A DNA stretch of 64,000 nt. Source: Paragordius varius. Lineage: Eukaryota > Animalia > Nematomorpha. This document shows, in pieces, positions 35,243 to 48,600 of this stretch (positions within the stretch are counted from its first letter, which is position 1; each line of letters opens with the position of its first letter). Made by a program: the position numbers and the translations under genes. The stretch lies in NCBI GenBank assembly GCA_964247055.1, contig OZ176053.1, positions 11,842,001-11,906,000 of the forward strand, written 5' to 3'. A model generated the notes under the pieces. The model made no database searches, was not told the origin of the DNA, and was given only the letters and a program-made list of their open reading frames with translations.

Positions 35243-38200
35243 TTGTATTAGTTCTTGACTTTCTTTACTTTGTCTCAATTTGGATTCATTTAAAACATTT
35301 ATTATTGATACTTTAATACAAAATTGTCCACATAAATACTTTAATTAATTCTCGTTAAAATTTCCACATATTGTAATCTTGTTTAACAATGACTTAATTA
35401 TTTATTTGATCCAAAATTACAATACTATGTATAAAAATGGTTAAAAACTTACAAAATTTATAAAGTTTAAAGTAATAAATATAAGAAAATACTTTTTTTC
35501 CATATTAGATCAAGGACTTATCGAAACTGGTTTAAATAGTTTGATACAAATTTAACGATGCAAAAATATTAATTTATTGATTTAAATAAAATTGAAATAG
35601 GTTCATGCGGATATAAGCCCTCTCCAAAAAATAAATTTTAGTAGCTATTTTTTAACTTGATTAATATTTAAAATTCCATTATTAAAGTAAGTTTGCCTAC
35701 TATTTTTGAAAGATTTAAATTTTTATATACCATAACATTTCTAAAACGTTTTCAAAATGATAGATTTATGTTAATTGTATAGTATCTCGTATTTATATTT
35801 AAATTAGTGAACATCAGGAAGAAGGATCGAAGAAGTCTCACGTGAAGTATTTTAATTCATATCTTGAATTTTTAAATTATACTATGGTTTCTATGAAAAA
35901 ATAACTATTATCATTAATATTTTGTACATATCGATAGATTTTTTATTCATTGGCATATTTAATTAGGTAAAAGTTCTAAACATAATATTATACTTAAATA
36001 ATTTTACTTATGCAAAAATAGACACCATGCTCGACCAGATGAAGAAGGCAGTCATGGGGAAAAGACTGAAGCCCAATTGGCTATGGAGGTTAGCATTATA
36101 TTGATATAAGGTTGAAAGAATTAAAAAATAAGTTTCAAACAATTATTCAAACAATTTTACAAGATTTTAGGAGTTAAATGACAATTTTTTTATAAAAACA
36201 TTGAGAACATATCCGTTTTGGGTGAGATTTAAATGTTATAGGACTATTTAAAGCTATCATATTTAGGCACAACGGAGAAAACATCAAGAACAAGAAGAAC
36301 AATGGCTGAAAGAATATCAAGAAATGAGAGCCCAGGAGCGAGAACGGGAACAGGAGGAATTGGAAAAATTGAAACAACGCCAAGTACTTAGAATTATAAT
36401 CTACTAATATAAACATCGATATTTTTTAACCTCTTAAATTTTTATTTGTTACAAAAAATATACGGGCTATGTTTCATTGTTTCTCGTATTGGGTTGGATG
36501 TTGGCAAAATTGATCTATTATTACCCGTGCTTTAATTTAATACCTGTAATATTGTTCCAAATTTAATATTTACGGTCTTATAGGTATTAGTAAACTCATT
36601 TTTTATATCAACATTATGCACTCAAAAAATTTCTGATATAATATATTTGGAATTGTAACTTTTCTCTAAAACTTCCAAAGTGCTTTGCGAAGCAACCTCA
36701 CAAAATTTTTTCTAATACTTTACCACACAAAATATTTGGTTTTAGAGCATAATTTTTTGTGTTGAATATGACAAAAGTCATAAAATTTTATAGCTTATAT
36801 ATATGTATCCCCTTGTAACACCAACTTTAGGCTGAACGCCGGAAAGAACGTGAGGAGGAAGATAAAATTTTGGCCGAAAAACGGAGAGTCATGGAAGAAA
36901 AAAGACGCGAAGAAGAGGACGAAATCCGTCGGAAACGAGAGGAAGAACGTCAAAGACGCCAAGCGGAATCCGAAAAACGCCGGGCTGAACTCCAAAACGT
37001 TATGGGTGGGTACACGGGTGTCACGCCTCAACCAAACTACGTTATTCAAAAAACGGAAAAGGTAGGTTACTCATTTTTTGCATCTAAAATGTTTAATAAT
37101 TAAGTGGTGTCACTTGTTACAGAATTACTTTTGGTTTTATGGCGGTTTCTTGGGTTAAAATTGAGCAAATTCATTTATTTAGTTTTGATTTCATCTATAT
37201 TTTTTACTCTTAGTTTGTTAGGTTATATATACTAAAAATATTGTATGAACCTAATAATTTACAGGTAGAGCAAAAGCCCAAAGAAAAATCACCAGAAGAA
37301 TTGGCCCGTGAAAAGGAGGAAACAGTAAACCGGAGATTGAAATCGTTAAATGTTTCTGGGTTGAGTGGACCCGAGTTGAAAGAAAGAGCTCGGGAATTAC
37401 ATAAGAAAATTCTCAAATTAGCTACTGAGCGTTACGAATCTGAGGATCGTATTAAGCGTCAGGAATATGATGTACAAAAATTTTTAAAGTTTTTGCCAGG
37501 CAATATTTTTTAAACATAAAAGCACATTAAAAATCAAAAATATACCAATTAAATTTTTTAAGTCTAGATTTTTTACACCCATCGTTTTGGGTTGCGAAAC
37601 GGGGATCAGAGATGTAAATTGGTAAAACAGTGTTTTATTTATAATTTGAAATTGTAATTATATAGCTTATATGGATAAAAAAAGCTTTAATTAAGTACTG
37701 TTGTCTTTTAAACGTTGTATACATTAGTTGTTACGTTACATCCGTATCATCTTTTACTGAAAAAGTCCCAGGTATTTTATATAAAGCTCAATTAAAACAT
37801 TGTCGATTGGTCCAAAGATTCTTGAATCCCATCTTTCTCTGTGTCACAGCCTTAATTATAAAAATTATGTTATGGCAAAAATATAAAAAAATTTGGTTTT
37901 GACACTTATTTATGACCCCGTGCTATAGATGAAACCTCGACTTTTACTTTTTTATATCTTATGCTTTTTTATCAATGCATTTTTAGCTTAAAGAACTCAC
38001 CGAACGACAAAAGCTTGTCCAAAAACAAAAATTGTAAGTACATATTTGATATATTTTTAAAATGTCTGCAATTTAATATTCATAAATGTTTAATATTCAT
38101 AAATGCTTTTAAATTAATTTAAATTTTCATTGCGTTTATTTTTATCGTACATGAGAGACTTATAACTTAAATTTTGATAAAATTAGGTTACTGTACTTTG

Positions 38201-38760
38201 GCTTAATTCTTAAGTATAAATGAAAGTTAATTAAATTATATGGACAGATTTTACCATATTTATTTTTTTTATTTCATGGCAAATGTAGAATGAAACTTGG
38301 AATAGACCCAACGTAAGTTGATGCTTTTTAATATTTACAGATTTTTTACAGTTTGTATCATTTTTTAACTAACATGTATAAAACCGATCTATAAAATTTA
38401 TTTTTCTATTATTAGATCGGACGAAGCCAAATTCCCAGTAAATATCACCTTTTTTCCTAAATTTTATCAGATAATTTTTTTGTTTAAACCTGTTTATATG
38501 TCATTATAGCCCAAAGTTCAAGTTGCTAGCAAATATGAACGAAGAACTGACCGCCGATCTTATAATGATCGCCGTTACTTATTTGAACAGGTAAATTTAG
38601 AGTTTTTTATTAATACGTGAAATCCTGAATGAAACTCTTTTTTTGATGGATTCATAAAAATTGCTATTGTTTACAATAGATTGCTGAAGGTAAAATCCCT
38701 GAAGGAAAAATTAAAGAAGAAATTGCTGCAGTTGAGGAACAGCCTGAGGAAGCCGAATAA
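35062..38760 (+). CDS. TnT: Troponin T, 315 aa; exons 35062-35093, 35808-35846, 36022-36088, 36267-36383, 36831-37061, 37265-37471, 37987-38033, 38289-38312, 38416-38437, 38510-38590, 38680-38760
   Basis: KTEAQLAME, EEELEKLKQRQAERRKEREEE, KRQEYDLKELTERQK, KLGIDP, PPKVQVASKYERRTDRRSYNDRRYLFE. Exons sum to 948 nt with consistent phases. The first two small exons are less certain. Confidence 0.88.
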
Positions 38761-38913
38761 TGTTGACTATTTTGATTTTTTAATATAAACATTATTCACT
38801 TAAACTTTTGGATACTCTATGACTTTTTTTCAATTTTCAGTGCATGTCTCATTTCGCCATTTCTCGACGTTTTTTTTGTTCCTACCTTAGTATTCAAATG
38901 TAAAGATTTAAGG

Positions 38914-39194
38914 CAAGGGTGTCTGATACGCGGCCCTTTGAGACTCTTTGTGCGGCCCCCAAAAAATTTGATAATACATTATTTGCAAAAATTTCCTTAC
39001 AAAATTTTGGTACGATTGATATTTCTTAAATAATATTTTTTCTAAATTAATCCATCTATAGGCAGAAATTGCTATATTGCATTTGCATTTTAGTTTTGAA
39101 ATCTAATAAATTGTTTATAAATGATTTATATGCAGCCCGCCGGATTTTTTAAGTTAAAATGCGGCCCACGAAGCCTCTGTGTTGGACACTGCTG
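38914..39194. mobile_element. hAT-type MITE downstream of the first troponin T terminal exon
   Basis: Imperfect TIR CAAGGGTGTCTGATAC / GTGTTGGACACTGCTG; repeated GCGGCCC motifs; similar end at about 17885-17925. Confidence 0.65.
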
Positions 39195-39432
39195 TAAGGG
39201 TTATTAGCCAATAACTACGTATAAAATAAAATTTACTGATTAATCAATCGATCAAGGATTTAGTTAGTAAAATAAAACCCGCTTTTCTGAGCAATGGGCA
39301 ATATATTTATTTGAATTCTTCAAGAAATTCTTAGAAACACTTTATGTGACTATCTAGCATGTTTTGTTTCGCTGTCATTTCTATCTATACATTATGGTGA
39401 AATAATTTTAAAAATAATTTTTGCTTTTTTAG

Positions 39433-39489
39433 GGTTTCCCAGACAAAGAAATCAAAAAAGAAAATCCGCCTGCTATTCCGAAAAAATAA
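39433..39489 (+). CDS. Candidate alternative terminal exon of troponin T (GFPDKEIKKENPPAIPKK*)
   Basis: Polypyrimidine TTGCTTTTTTAG acceptor; phase 0 matches the donor at 38591; short open frame to TAA. No transcript evidence. Confidence 0.5.
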   Translation, partial: GFPDKEIKKENPPAIPKK

Positions 39490-40135
39490 TCATTTTTACA
39501 TGTAAAAACCTGAATGTTTAAAATATTTATAGTTATTTTTTGATTTTACTGTAATTTATTTCTGCTTTACATTTACACCAGTTTTTGATTATCATAAACA
39601 GCTTAACCAAAGATAATCATTATTTGTTAAAACAATGTTTGAAAAATATTTAATTGGATTAATAAATGAGTTTATTCTTGATAATACCTATTGTTATTAC
39701 ACATAGAGTGGCAATTTAACTAAGTTTTAGTTTAAGATTTTATTTAAATAATTATTTTACAATTTTTCAAAGAAAAATATCATAACTTTAGAAATATATC
39801 GGGGATCTTACAAGTTTTTAATAAATGACCAATAAAAACCAGTTGCTATTACGTAACATAACACTTTTATCAGTGAGTAGTATCACCAAAAACATTTAAA
39901 GGGCCGAAAAAATATTGGTCCTTTTTCAAAGGCTATTGATGAACCAAATTAAATCAATAAATTATGTTCAAGACCATTATAATGTTAAAAGGCAAATAGA
40001 ACTTACTCATTTTTTCCATTAAAAGTGATCAATAATTATATTATTGCTAGGCAAGGTAAATAAAGTTTTTTTTGTGTAGAAATGGAAAAGAATAAAAAAT
40101 TACGCAGTCTAACTTAACAAATAAAAAAGATAGTA

Positions 40136-42070
40136 TCTATATATTAATAAAAATGGAAAGTGGTGACTTTGTGATTTGTTTCCGGAAAACCGGTAGACCC
40201 ATTCTAATCCAAATGTTGAAAAAATATATTCATTAATAAATGCCCCCATAGCTTCGCCCTTTTTTTAAATTAGGGCCCCAGTTCGGGCCCACCCCGTGTA
40301 AAAAACGGGTTTTTTTCGAAAACACAACCATTCGATTTCAGATATGATTTATATTTACTTATTTTCGATTGTGCCAAACATAGTCGGCTCGCTTTTTTAA
40401 TTTAGGCCCTCTTTTACCCGTTCCCCCGTAAAATGCCATTTTTCAAAAAAATTAACTCCACAAAAGTAATTTTTTGAATTAATTTATCGCCCAAGGTATG
40501 AGACCGTCTCCGTCATATCGAAATAGCGTGCCTCTGGGGCTAAATTTAAAAAAACCTATCAGGCCATACGAGTTTAATATCTTCTTAAAATATTACCCGT
40601 AACAAGTCAAAAATTTGGATCGTGCGGTTTTTTTAAATTTAGCCGTTATTTAGGCCCTTCACGCCCTGAAAAATGCGCCACCATAAAATGATTTTTTAGT
40701 TTTGAGGCAATTATTCTAAAAAATGAGAGCCTATGGAATGAATAATGATTCCAGGTATTCTCCGTAAAAAGGCAAAAATTTTAATCAAGCGCTTTTTTGT
40801 ATCAGCCTCCTCTAGGTAGGGAGGCTCCCCGCCTAAAACTGCGCCATTATATCAAAATTGCGTTGCTTAGGAGTTAATTGGAAAACTTATCAGGCCATAT
40901 AAGTTCAATAAGGGCCTGAAATATTACCCGTAAAAAGGCAAAAATTTAAGTCGAGAAGTTTTTTTAAAGCCGTTAATTAGGCCCTTTACGCTCTAAAAAA
41001 TGCGCTATCATTGAACTATTATTTTTTAAGCCATTCTTCAAAAAACTATTAACAACATATGGAATGAATAATGATTCAATATTCTCTAAAGGCAAAATTT
41101 TTTATCATACGTCTTTTTTTATATTGGCCTCTGGGTAGGGGGCTACCCGCGTTAAACTGCGATATCGATACAGCATGCCTTTGGAACCAAATTTCAGCAA
41201 ATCCATGAGAAAGAAAGGAACATATGGAATTCTTAATAATTCCAGATATTACCCATATAAAGACAAAAATTTTGCCCAAAGCTTTTTTTATACCAGCCCC
41301 TGGTAAGGGAGCTACCCGCCAAAAGAGAAACTATTTAGAAATTGCGTTGTTTTGGACCTAATTTACAGAAAATTTAAGCAGCCATATGAGCTCATTAACA
41401 GCTTGAAATACTGCCCGTAACTAGGTAAAGGCCAGGCGTTTTTATTAGACGTTAATTTGGGACCTTTATGCCCTAAAAATACGCCATCATATAACGATTT
41501 TTTAGGTTAAGGTATTTTTTCGAATAGCCCATGAGACGATGGTATCAAAGATGATTCCAAATATTTGCCTTATAAGGGCAAAGAATTTAACTCAGCGCTT
41601 TTTCCATATAGGTCCGTAGGTAGGGGTTTACCGGTTTAAAACTGAGTTGGAGCTAATTTTCAAAAAACCTAAGAAGCACGAGTTCAGTTAAACGCATCTC
41701 TGGGGAATTTGTATAATATCATTCTTTCCTTTAAAAAGGGACCACAAATCATTTACTTTTTATATCCCTTAATCCCAGCTGTGTGAACACAATTTCAAAA
41801 CTTTTAACCATGATTTCGAAAAATGAAAATCTTAAAATAACAATAATATATGAAAATAATTTTCATAAAGGACAAGATTAAATATGGTCAATTTCGAGTA
41901 ACCAATATTCCAGCCTATGCAAAAACACGTAAAAGAATAATTAAAAACATTGTTTTTATTAAATATGGTTTTTATTATTTTTTTATCTCAATTACCTCTA
42001 TTGATTGCAAATTATTAAGAATAATTATGGGAGAGACTAAGTCACAGCAAAGCGTGACAGGGCCAGCTAG
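40136..42070 (+). mobile_element. Non-autonomous Helitron-like element (copy 2) with internal tandem array
   Basis: 5' A|TCTATATATTAATAAAAATG; 3' hairpin GTCAC-AGCAAAGC-GTGAC then AGGGCCAGCTAG|T; AT target; no TSD. Confidence 0.72.
40525..41690. repeat. Degenerate tandem array, period about 331 bp with about 165-bp subunits
   Basis: CA(G)GCCATA unit starts at 40560, 40891 and 41379; recurring ATATTACCCGTAA, GGCAAAAATTT, GGTAGGG..CTACCCGC and ATGGAATGAATAATGATTC motifs. Confidence 0.8.
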
Positions 42071-43229
42071 TATTTTTATATATTAGCGAATTTCATATTT
42101 TGCGAAAATCAATAAATTAAACATACTTCGGTTATTTTATTAAATATTTGGGTAAAAATTAGCCCATTTCCGAATCCGTTTTTATACAAATGTTTAAATT
42201 TATTGTTGATTACATAAAAAATTGAACAGTAGTATTTAGTTGTTGTGTGTGGTGTTGCTTGGTAATAATTAATCGTAAAGATCTATGTATAATACGTAAT
42301 ATATATATTATATATATGTATGTTTACTAATTAAAAATGAATAAAATTAGATGACATTGAAATATATAAAAACACAGGAAAAATATTATCATTAAAAATG
42401 TTCGTTAACCTTAAAATATTATTTTAAACAAATTATTTTTACCATGATATAATTAATGAATTTGGTTTTTTAAACCATTCAAAGACTAAGTTTGGGGAAA
42501 AAGGTAGCAGCATAATTATCGTGTGTAAAATATTGTCACTCTTATTTATTGCATTTGAGTGATTTGTCATACATACACACATACATATAGTATATAAAGT
42601 AAAATCATTTTACAGCGCCATAAAAAATTTACCACTAACTAAATAAATAAATGGGAAAAAAATCATCATAAAACATACAATTACTTAGTTTTAAAGACAA
42701 ATACAATTAGGTTAAAACGATTATTTCATTTCCATAATGATCACATATTATAGATTATATGATTGATTGTTTGTTTGTTTATATACAAAATGATACAAGG
42801 TAAAATGATATTGTTAGATGCTGCGATTCAAAACTTCAGTTTTCGACAATAATAATAAAATGATCGGATTTATAATTTGTAATATGATTGATTGGATGAT
42901 TGTTAACTTACTTAAAAGCATGATTGTTTGCTAAAATATATTTATTACTTTAAAACACATGTGCTACTTTGTGTTGCGACCCCCCATGAATGAATTACAA
43001 TCGACGTCCGGGAACATTGTCCTAAAACACAAAAAAAGAAAAGATTTAAATATAAATTTAGGGTAAAACTAAACAAGCATATTTTACTAAAAGCAAAGCG
43101 ATATAAAAGAGCAAAACAAGAATATAAACAACTTACATTAAAGAATTTCTCTCCCGTGAAGCGTTAAAAAATATTAGAAAAAACCGAAACTTTTACAAAA
43201 ATATTGATAAAAATAAAATGTGAAATGTT

Positions 43230-45264
43230 TCATACAGCAGAAAACTTCTCTTCATCCGTCATAAACAAACGCGCCAATTCTTCCGAAGTCTTGTTTTTGG
43301 TTTCAGGTAGGAATTTGAATGTGTACAACCAAAATATGAGATTGAGCACCGTAAATACCAAAAACACATAATTTCCCATATATTGCTAAAATATGGTTTA
43401 ATTATAATATATATATATATATAATGGACATATCTTAAATTTATCAAAAATAATTACATAATGATGATTGGAACCGAAGTTTTAAACACAAAAATTAGTT
43501 TAGAACAAACATTAATTCTCATTTTTATCACAGTGTTAAAACATGTTTATAATATGTTCTTTATTTTAGATAAATCATTAGCAATATTTTTATTTTTTTA
43601 GAATTGTTATAAATAATGTTTACATTTATTTTTACGCACACAATCATGTATTTTATATAGGGTGAATTAGCAAAATTTTAAATAAAACCGATATTAAAAT
43701 CATTTGACCATATATAACTCAATTTTGATTCCAAAACCATTTTATTTCCTGTTTTTTTTGTAAAATTTCATATATATTTAAACGAACATGAGACTTCTTA
43801 CATGCAAAATGGGAAACAGTAATCCAACCAAAAAGTTACCGATCCAATTGAAAATGACGGATATACTCATAGCTTTAGGTCTTGGCGCCTGGGTAAATAA
43901 TTCGGCAGATATAAACCATGCAATGACACCTATATTATGAAATATTTTTTATTCTGAAAAATACAATCTTTCATTTAATTTAACCATAAAAAACTATTAA
44001 TTTTCTATTCTTTAATAATAATAAATGTGATTGGAATCAAAATTTAAATATTATATTAAATATACACATCAAAATTCTATTATTTTTGTTATAAATACAT
44101 CATTAATTTAGTTTACACACTACATAACTTACAATCAAATAAAAATAACGTGGATGATTGGCAAAAAATTAATATAGAGTAGGCGGACATATACCTGGCC
44201 CAATGGCGAAGAAGCAAACGAAAATGATGACAAAAGCCACAGAAAAGTAAGGGGCCGCTGGGAAATGACGCACATTAGGTATTCGGTTTTTGGATCCTAA
44301 CATAAAACGATTATTAACAAAATTAAAATGATGATTTAATTGTACAATTTATTTATCAACAATAATTTTTTATCAAGGCTACCCCCGTATAACATTCAAT
44401 ATAAATTGTATATTTTTTCACAACTATTTAATAATTTGGTAATTGATACAAGTCCACACTTTTATTTTGTTAAAAAAACGAGTGATAACTGATCAATAAT
44501 TATTATCAAATTTTGGTGTAATAAACTTTGGAAAGGTAAGACTTGATTAACGATAATATATAACAAAAATGTTGCTTCTATTAATGTTACAAGTACAGCT
44601 AACGTTAAGACAATCCCTATAAAAAGTCAACAGGTAACTTCGTATCAGCTATCGAAAAAAAAGTGAAGATCTATAAATGAACTATGGTGCTTCGGAGCTT
44701 AGTAAAAACGATAGTCAAAACCCTAAAATATTAAATACACTTTATTTATACAATAACAACACATTTTCCCCCTTAAACTGAGGCTCTTAATTAAAGTTTT
44801 AAATTTGACTTAATCATTTCAAATTCCTCCCTATGATCAAAAGAATTTAAAATGTATATACCGAGAACTAAAGTGAGTGTCAGCAAAATACTGCATAACC
44901 ACATGCCAGCTAGACCCAAGAGGTATAAAGTTCGTCGACCAGCTTTCTCAATAATCAACATACTAATAACGGTCATAAGGACATTTATGACACCCATGCC
45001 ACACGTAGCATACACGGCTGAATCACTGCGAAGGCCTGCGCTTATGAAAATCCCCGTTGAAAAAAACATGGCCTAAGATATTAAATGTGTAAATTAATTT
45101 TAAATGGTTCTTTCTGTTTTAATATAATTGTTAGATATTAGTAATTAAGTATGAATGAAAAAAATATTTTTGTTTTAAAGACTGGGCATAAAAAATATTT
45201 ACAAATAATATAAGTGTAGCATATCAACCAAACATTATTAAATTATTTTAAGATATACTGAGTG

Positions 45265-45305
<41 letters not shown>

Positions 45306-45646
45306 GAAAGTTAAAAAATAGATTTATTTATTTGGATTAGAGAGTAATTGTAAAATTTTGGAAAATATTATTGTCATTAATATTATATCCTAAAACAAAT
45401 TATATATCCATATATAAGAAAGGTATAAGATTAACTCTAAAAATCTCGTTATATATTTATAATTGTTTCAATATCAGTGTATTAAAAAATAATACATTAT
45501 TTTTCATTTTTATATATTTATATATGATATAACCTTAAAATTAATATAATATTTTATAATCTTAATCTATATTGATTATAATCCGTACAGTTATAATCTA
45601 ATTGCCTTGAGGGTTAAGATTAAAACAGCTAAAAACATAATATATT

Positions 45647-45685
<39 letters not shown>

Positions 45686-48600
45686 TGGCATTTAGCCAAT
45701 GACCACAAAAACTAAATTATAACATTTTCCCGTGTTAACTCAATTTTTTATTGCATCATTTAAGAAAGACAAATTAATCATTTCATCAGACATTAAAAAC
45801 GAAATTTGGGCCATATAAATTACAAAAATATATAATATTCCCTCCTTTTAAACTAACATCATAAATGTGGTACAAATTTTGAGTAAATTAATAAAAATTT
45901 TAGATAAAATACCTTACATGTTGTAATTATTTCAAATTAATTAAATTTTGAGTTAACAATTATAAAATACATAAAAATAATATTTCGCACGAGCCTAAAT
46001 GAATAAAAACCCAATGGGAAAACCATTCTTTTAATCATTTCATTAACCAAACGTATGATTTCAAGATGATTTTAATCAATTTAAGCAAAATATAACAAAC
46101 AATCTTTTTCAAGAATTAACCAACCAAATAATATCTTTTTAAGATAATAAAAAATGAATAATTTACAGCATTAATTCCACTCAATTGTTGTGAGATGTGA
46201 GTTTCACTGGCAATGATCAAGGGCTTACGATACACAGGTTTGCGGAACATGTCACCCCACGTAACAGGGGGCAGTCTTTTCTGTTCTTCGGCTTCGCGTT
46301 TCATTTGATCAATTTCGTCTGTAACATCGTTCGTTTTACGGAGTTTAGATAGAGCTAAAAAGGTTATTCAAATATAATTTAAAATTGGTAATACAATAAT
46401 ATAATTGAAATATGAAGTTTATGTGAAAAAAAACGAGATTTGTTACAAAGTATGGTAGTCTTTTCAAAAAAAACATTGATGTTTTCATTTTCCTGTATTA
46501 ATAATGATCGCAAAAATTTACATACAATTAAAATAGTTTATAATTTAAAAAATTATAAATAAATCTATCTTTTTACTATATATGGCAATAACAATTTTAA
46601 CAATTTATCATACTGTGGTTTTTTTATGCACACTTATATTAACATAATTGTAAAATGAATTAACCTCATAAAGATTCAGAGAAGACAAATGTATTTTTAG
46701 AAAAGTAATTTAAAATGATATCATATAAATTATTTGTATTAGTTATCTACAAATTTTTAAGTCAAATAGACAGATATCTTGAAAATCGCAAATAATTTAT
46801 CTGCTAGTTTTACAGTTAAATGGTAAAGTTTTTAGTAAAAATGTAACAAAAATTCATTTTTTTAAAATGCCATGTAGATAAAGCTTTTTTTACAATATAT
46901 ATGACGCAATCAAAAAATCAATAATAATATGAAGATAATATCGTTATTTTCCATGTTTTATGTCATTTCTAACTTGTAAACTCTTTAGTTTAAAGCACAT
47001 TTTTATTTTGAAAAAAAAACTACCGTAAACAAAGTTCATGTAAACCTTCAAACTTATTATGCAGACAAACATACCACACAAAAATATGAATAGAATTTTA
47101 GCCATTTTTTATTAAAAAAACTTTATTATTCAGGGGAAAAAACTAAAATTTGTAAAAATATACCATATCGTGCACGTATTTCATCATTTTTTGTAATCAA
47201 CAAATATCTTGGACTCTCTGGCATTAGCGGTAACAGTAAACATTGGATTGCGGCCGGAATAGCAGTAAAGGCTAAAATAAAAATTTTAAAATAACAATGT
47301 TTAACCAGTTAATGTAAAGCCAAAATATCAAGATAAAAGAAAAATCCAAAACATACAAGGCAATGTGAATTTTTGTTTAAAAAAATAGACATATGCGCAT
47401 TTAAAATATTTGTACTAATGTTACAATAAGATATTAAAATCTAGGCAATAATATTTTAATTAACAACCTCAAATTTTACATTCATTTTCCATATTTTATA
47501 TGAAAACATCCTATATTTAACCATAAATTTATGATTATCGCTAAGCTACCATAATAGATATACTGCAAAACTATTTTATCATTCTTAAAACATCTCAATC
47601 TGTTAATATAATAATAATCTATATTATAGGTTCGATGGGTGGGACATTTAAAAATGTTACAATACAATACAAAAATTACAAAAACTATAAAAAAGCGTGA
47701 GTGTTCAGGAAATTAAAATTAAAAAATCAAATATGATAAGTGTAAATACCAAGCAGGATAGGCCAATGGTAAACATTTCCCAGGAGTTGAGGCAGACCCA
47801 AAATCTGTGAAAAGAGAATGGAAATCGTGATGGCAAGTTGATGGACTGCCCCAGTTGCTCCACGCAAACTAACAGGCGAAATTTCAGCCAAATACATGGG
47901 AACTGCGCCAGAAGTCACACCTATAAATTAAAAAATTTTTATTTCAATGTAAAAATTTTATATATGTCGTTTTTTTGGTTTATATTATCTATAAAGCATG
48001 AGTCAAAAGTTTATTGCAAATTTTTGTCGCTTATATAGTGTGACATATAGATTCACACAGTAAATGGTAATATTATTATTTAAAATGTTAATTCATAAAA
48101 ATGTAACTGTTAATGCTACATGACCGTCCATACATAATGAAAAACCAAAAATTATAGATTTTTTGTTCATATTATAAGATTAAAATAATAAAATGAGAAA
48201 ATATGATCAATTTATCAAGAAAAACATAAAGGAATTAATAGAAACATTAAATTTATTATAGTTTTAATTTGCAAATAAATGTAATAATTTTGTTTCAATT
48301 TATATAACATCCATAATACCAATTTTCCTTTCAATTTATAAATTATATTGCTTTATTTACAATTATAATATAACATTCACAATTCAAATCACCCTAAAAA
48401 TAAATTATGTATGGGCTTATATATTACTCATCATTCATATGAAATATATTTCTACGACATATTTTATTATTTTTTAACATAAACAGAATATCATATTTTA
48501 AAAATATAAAATAAAATTAATTTTTAATAGTAAAAACATAATTAATTTAAGAGTGAATAATTGTTCGAGGTTAAATTTGAATTGTTGGATAAATTTAAAC

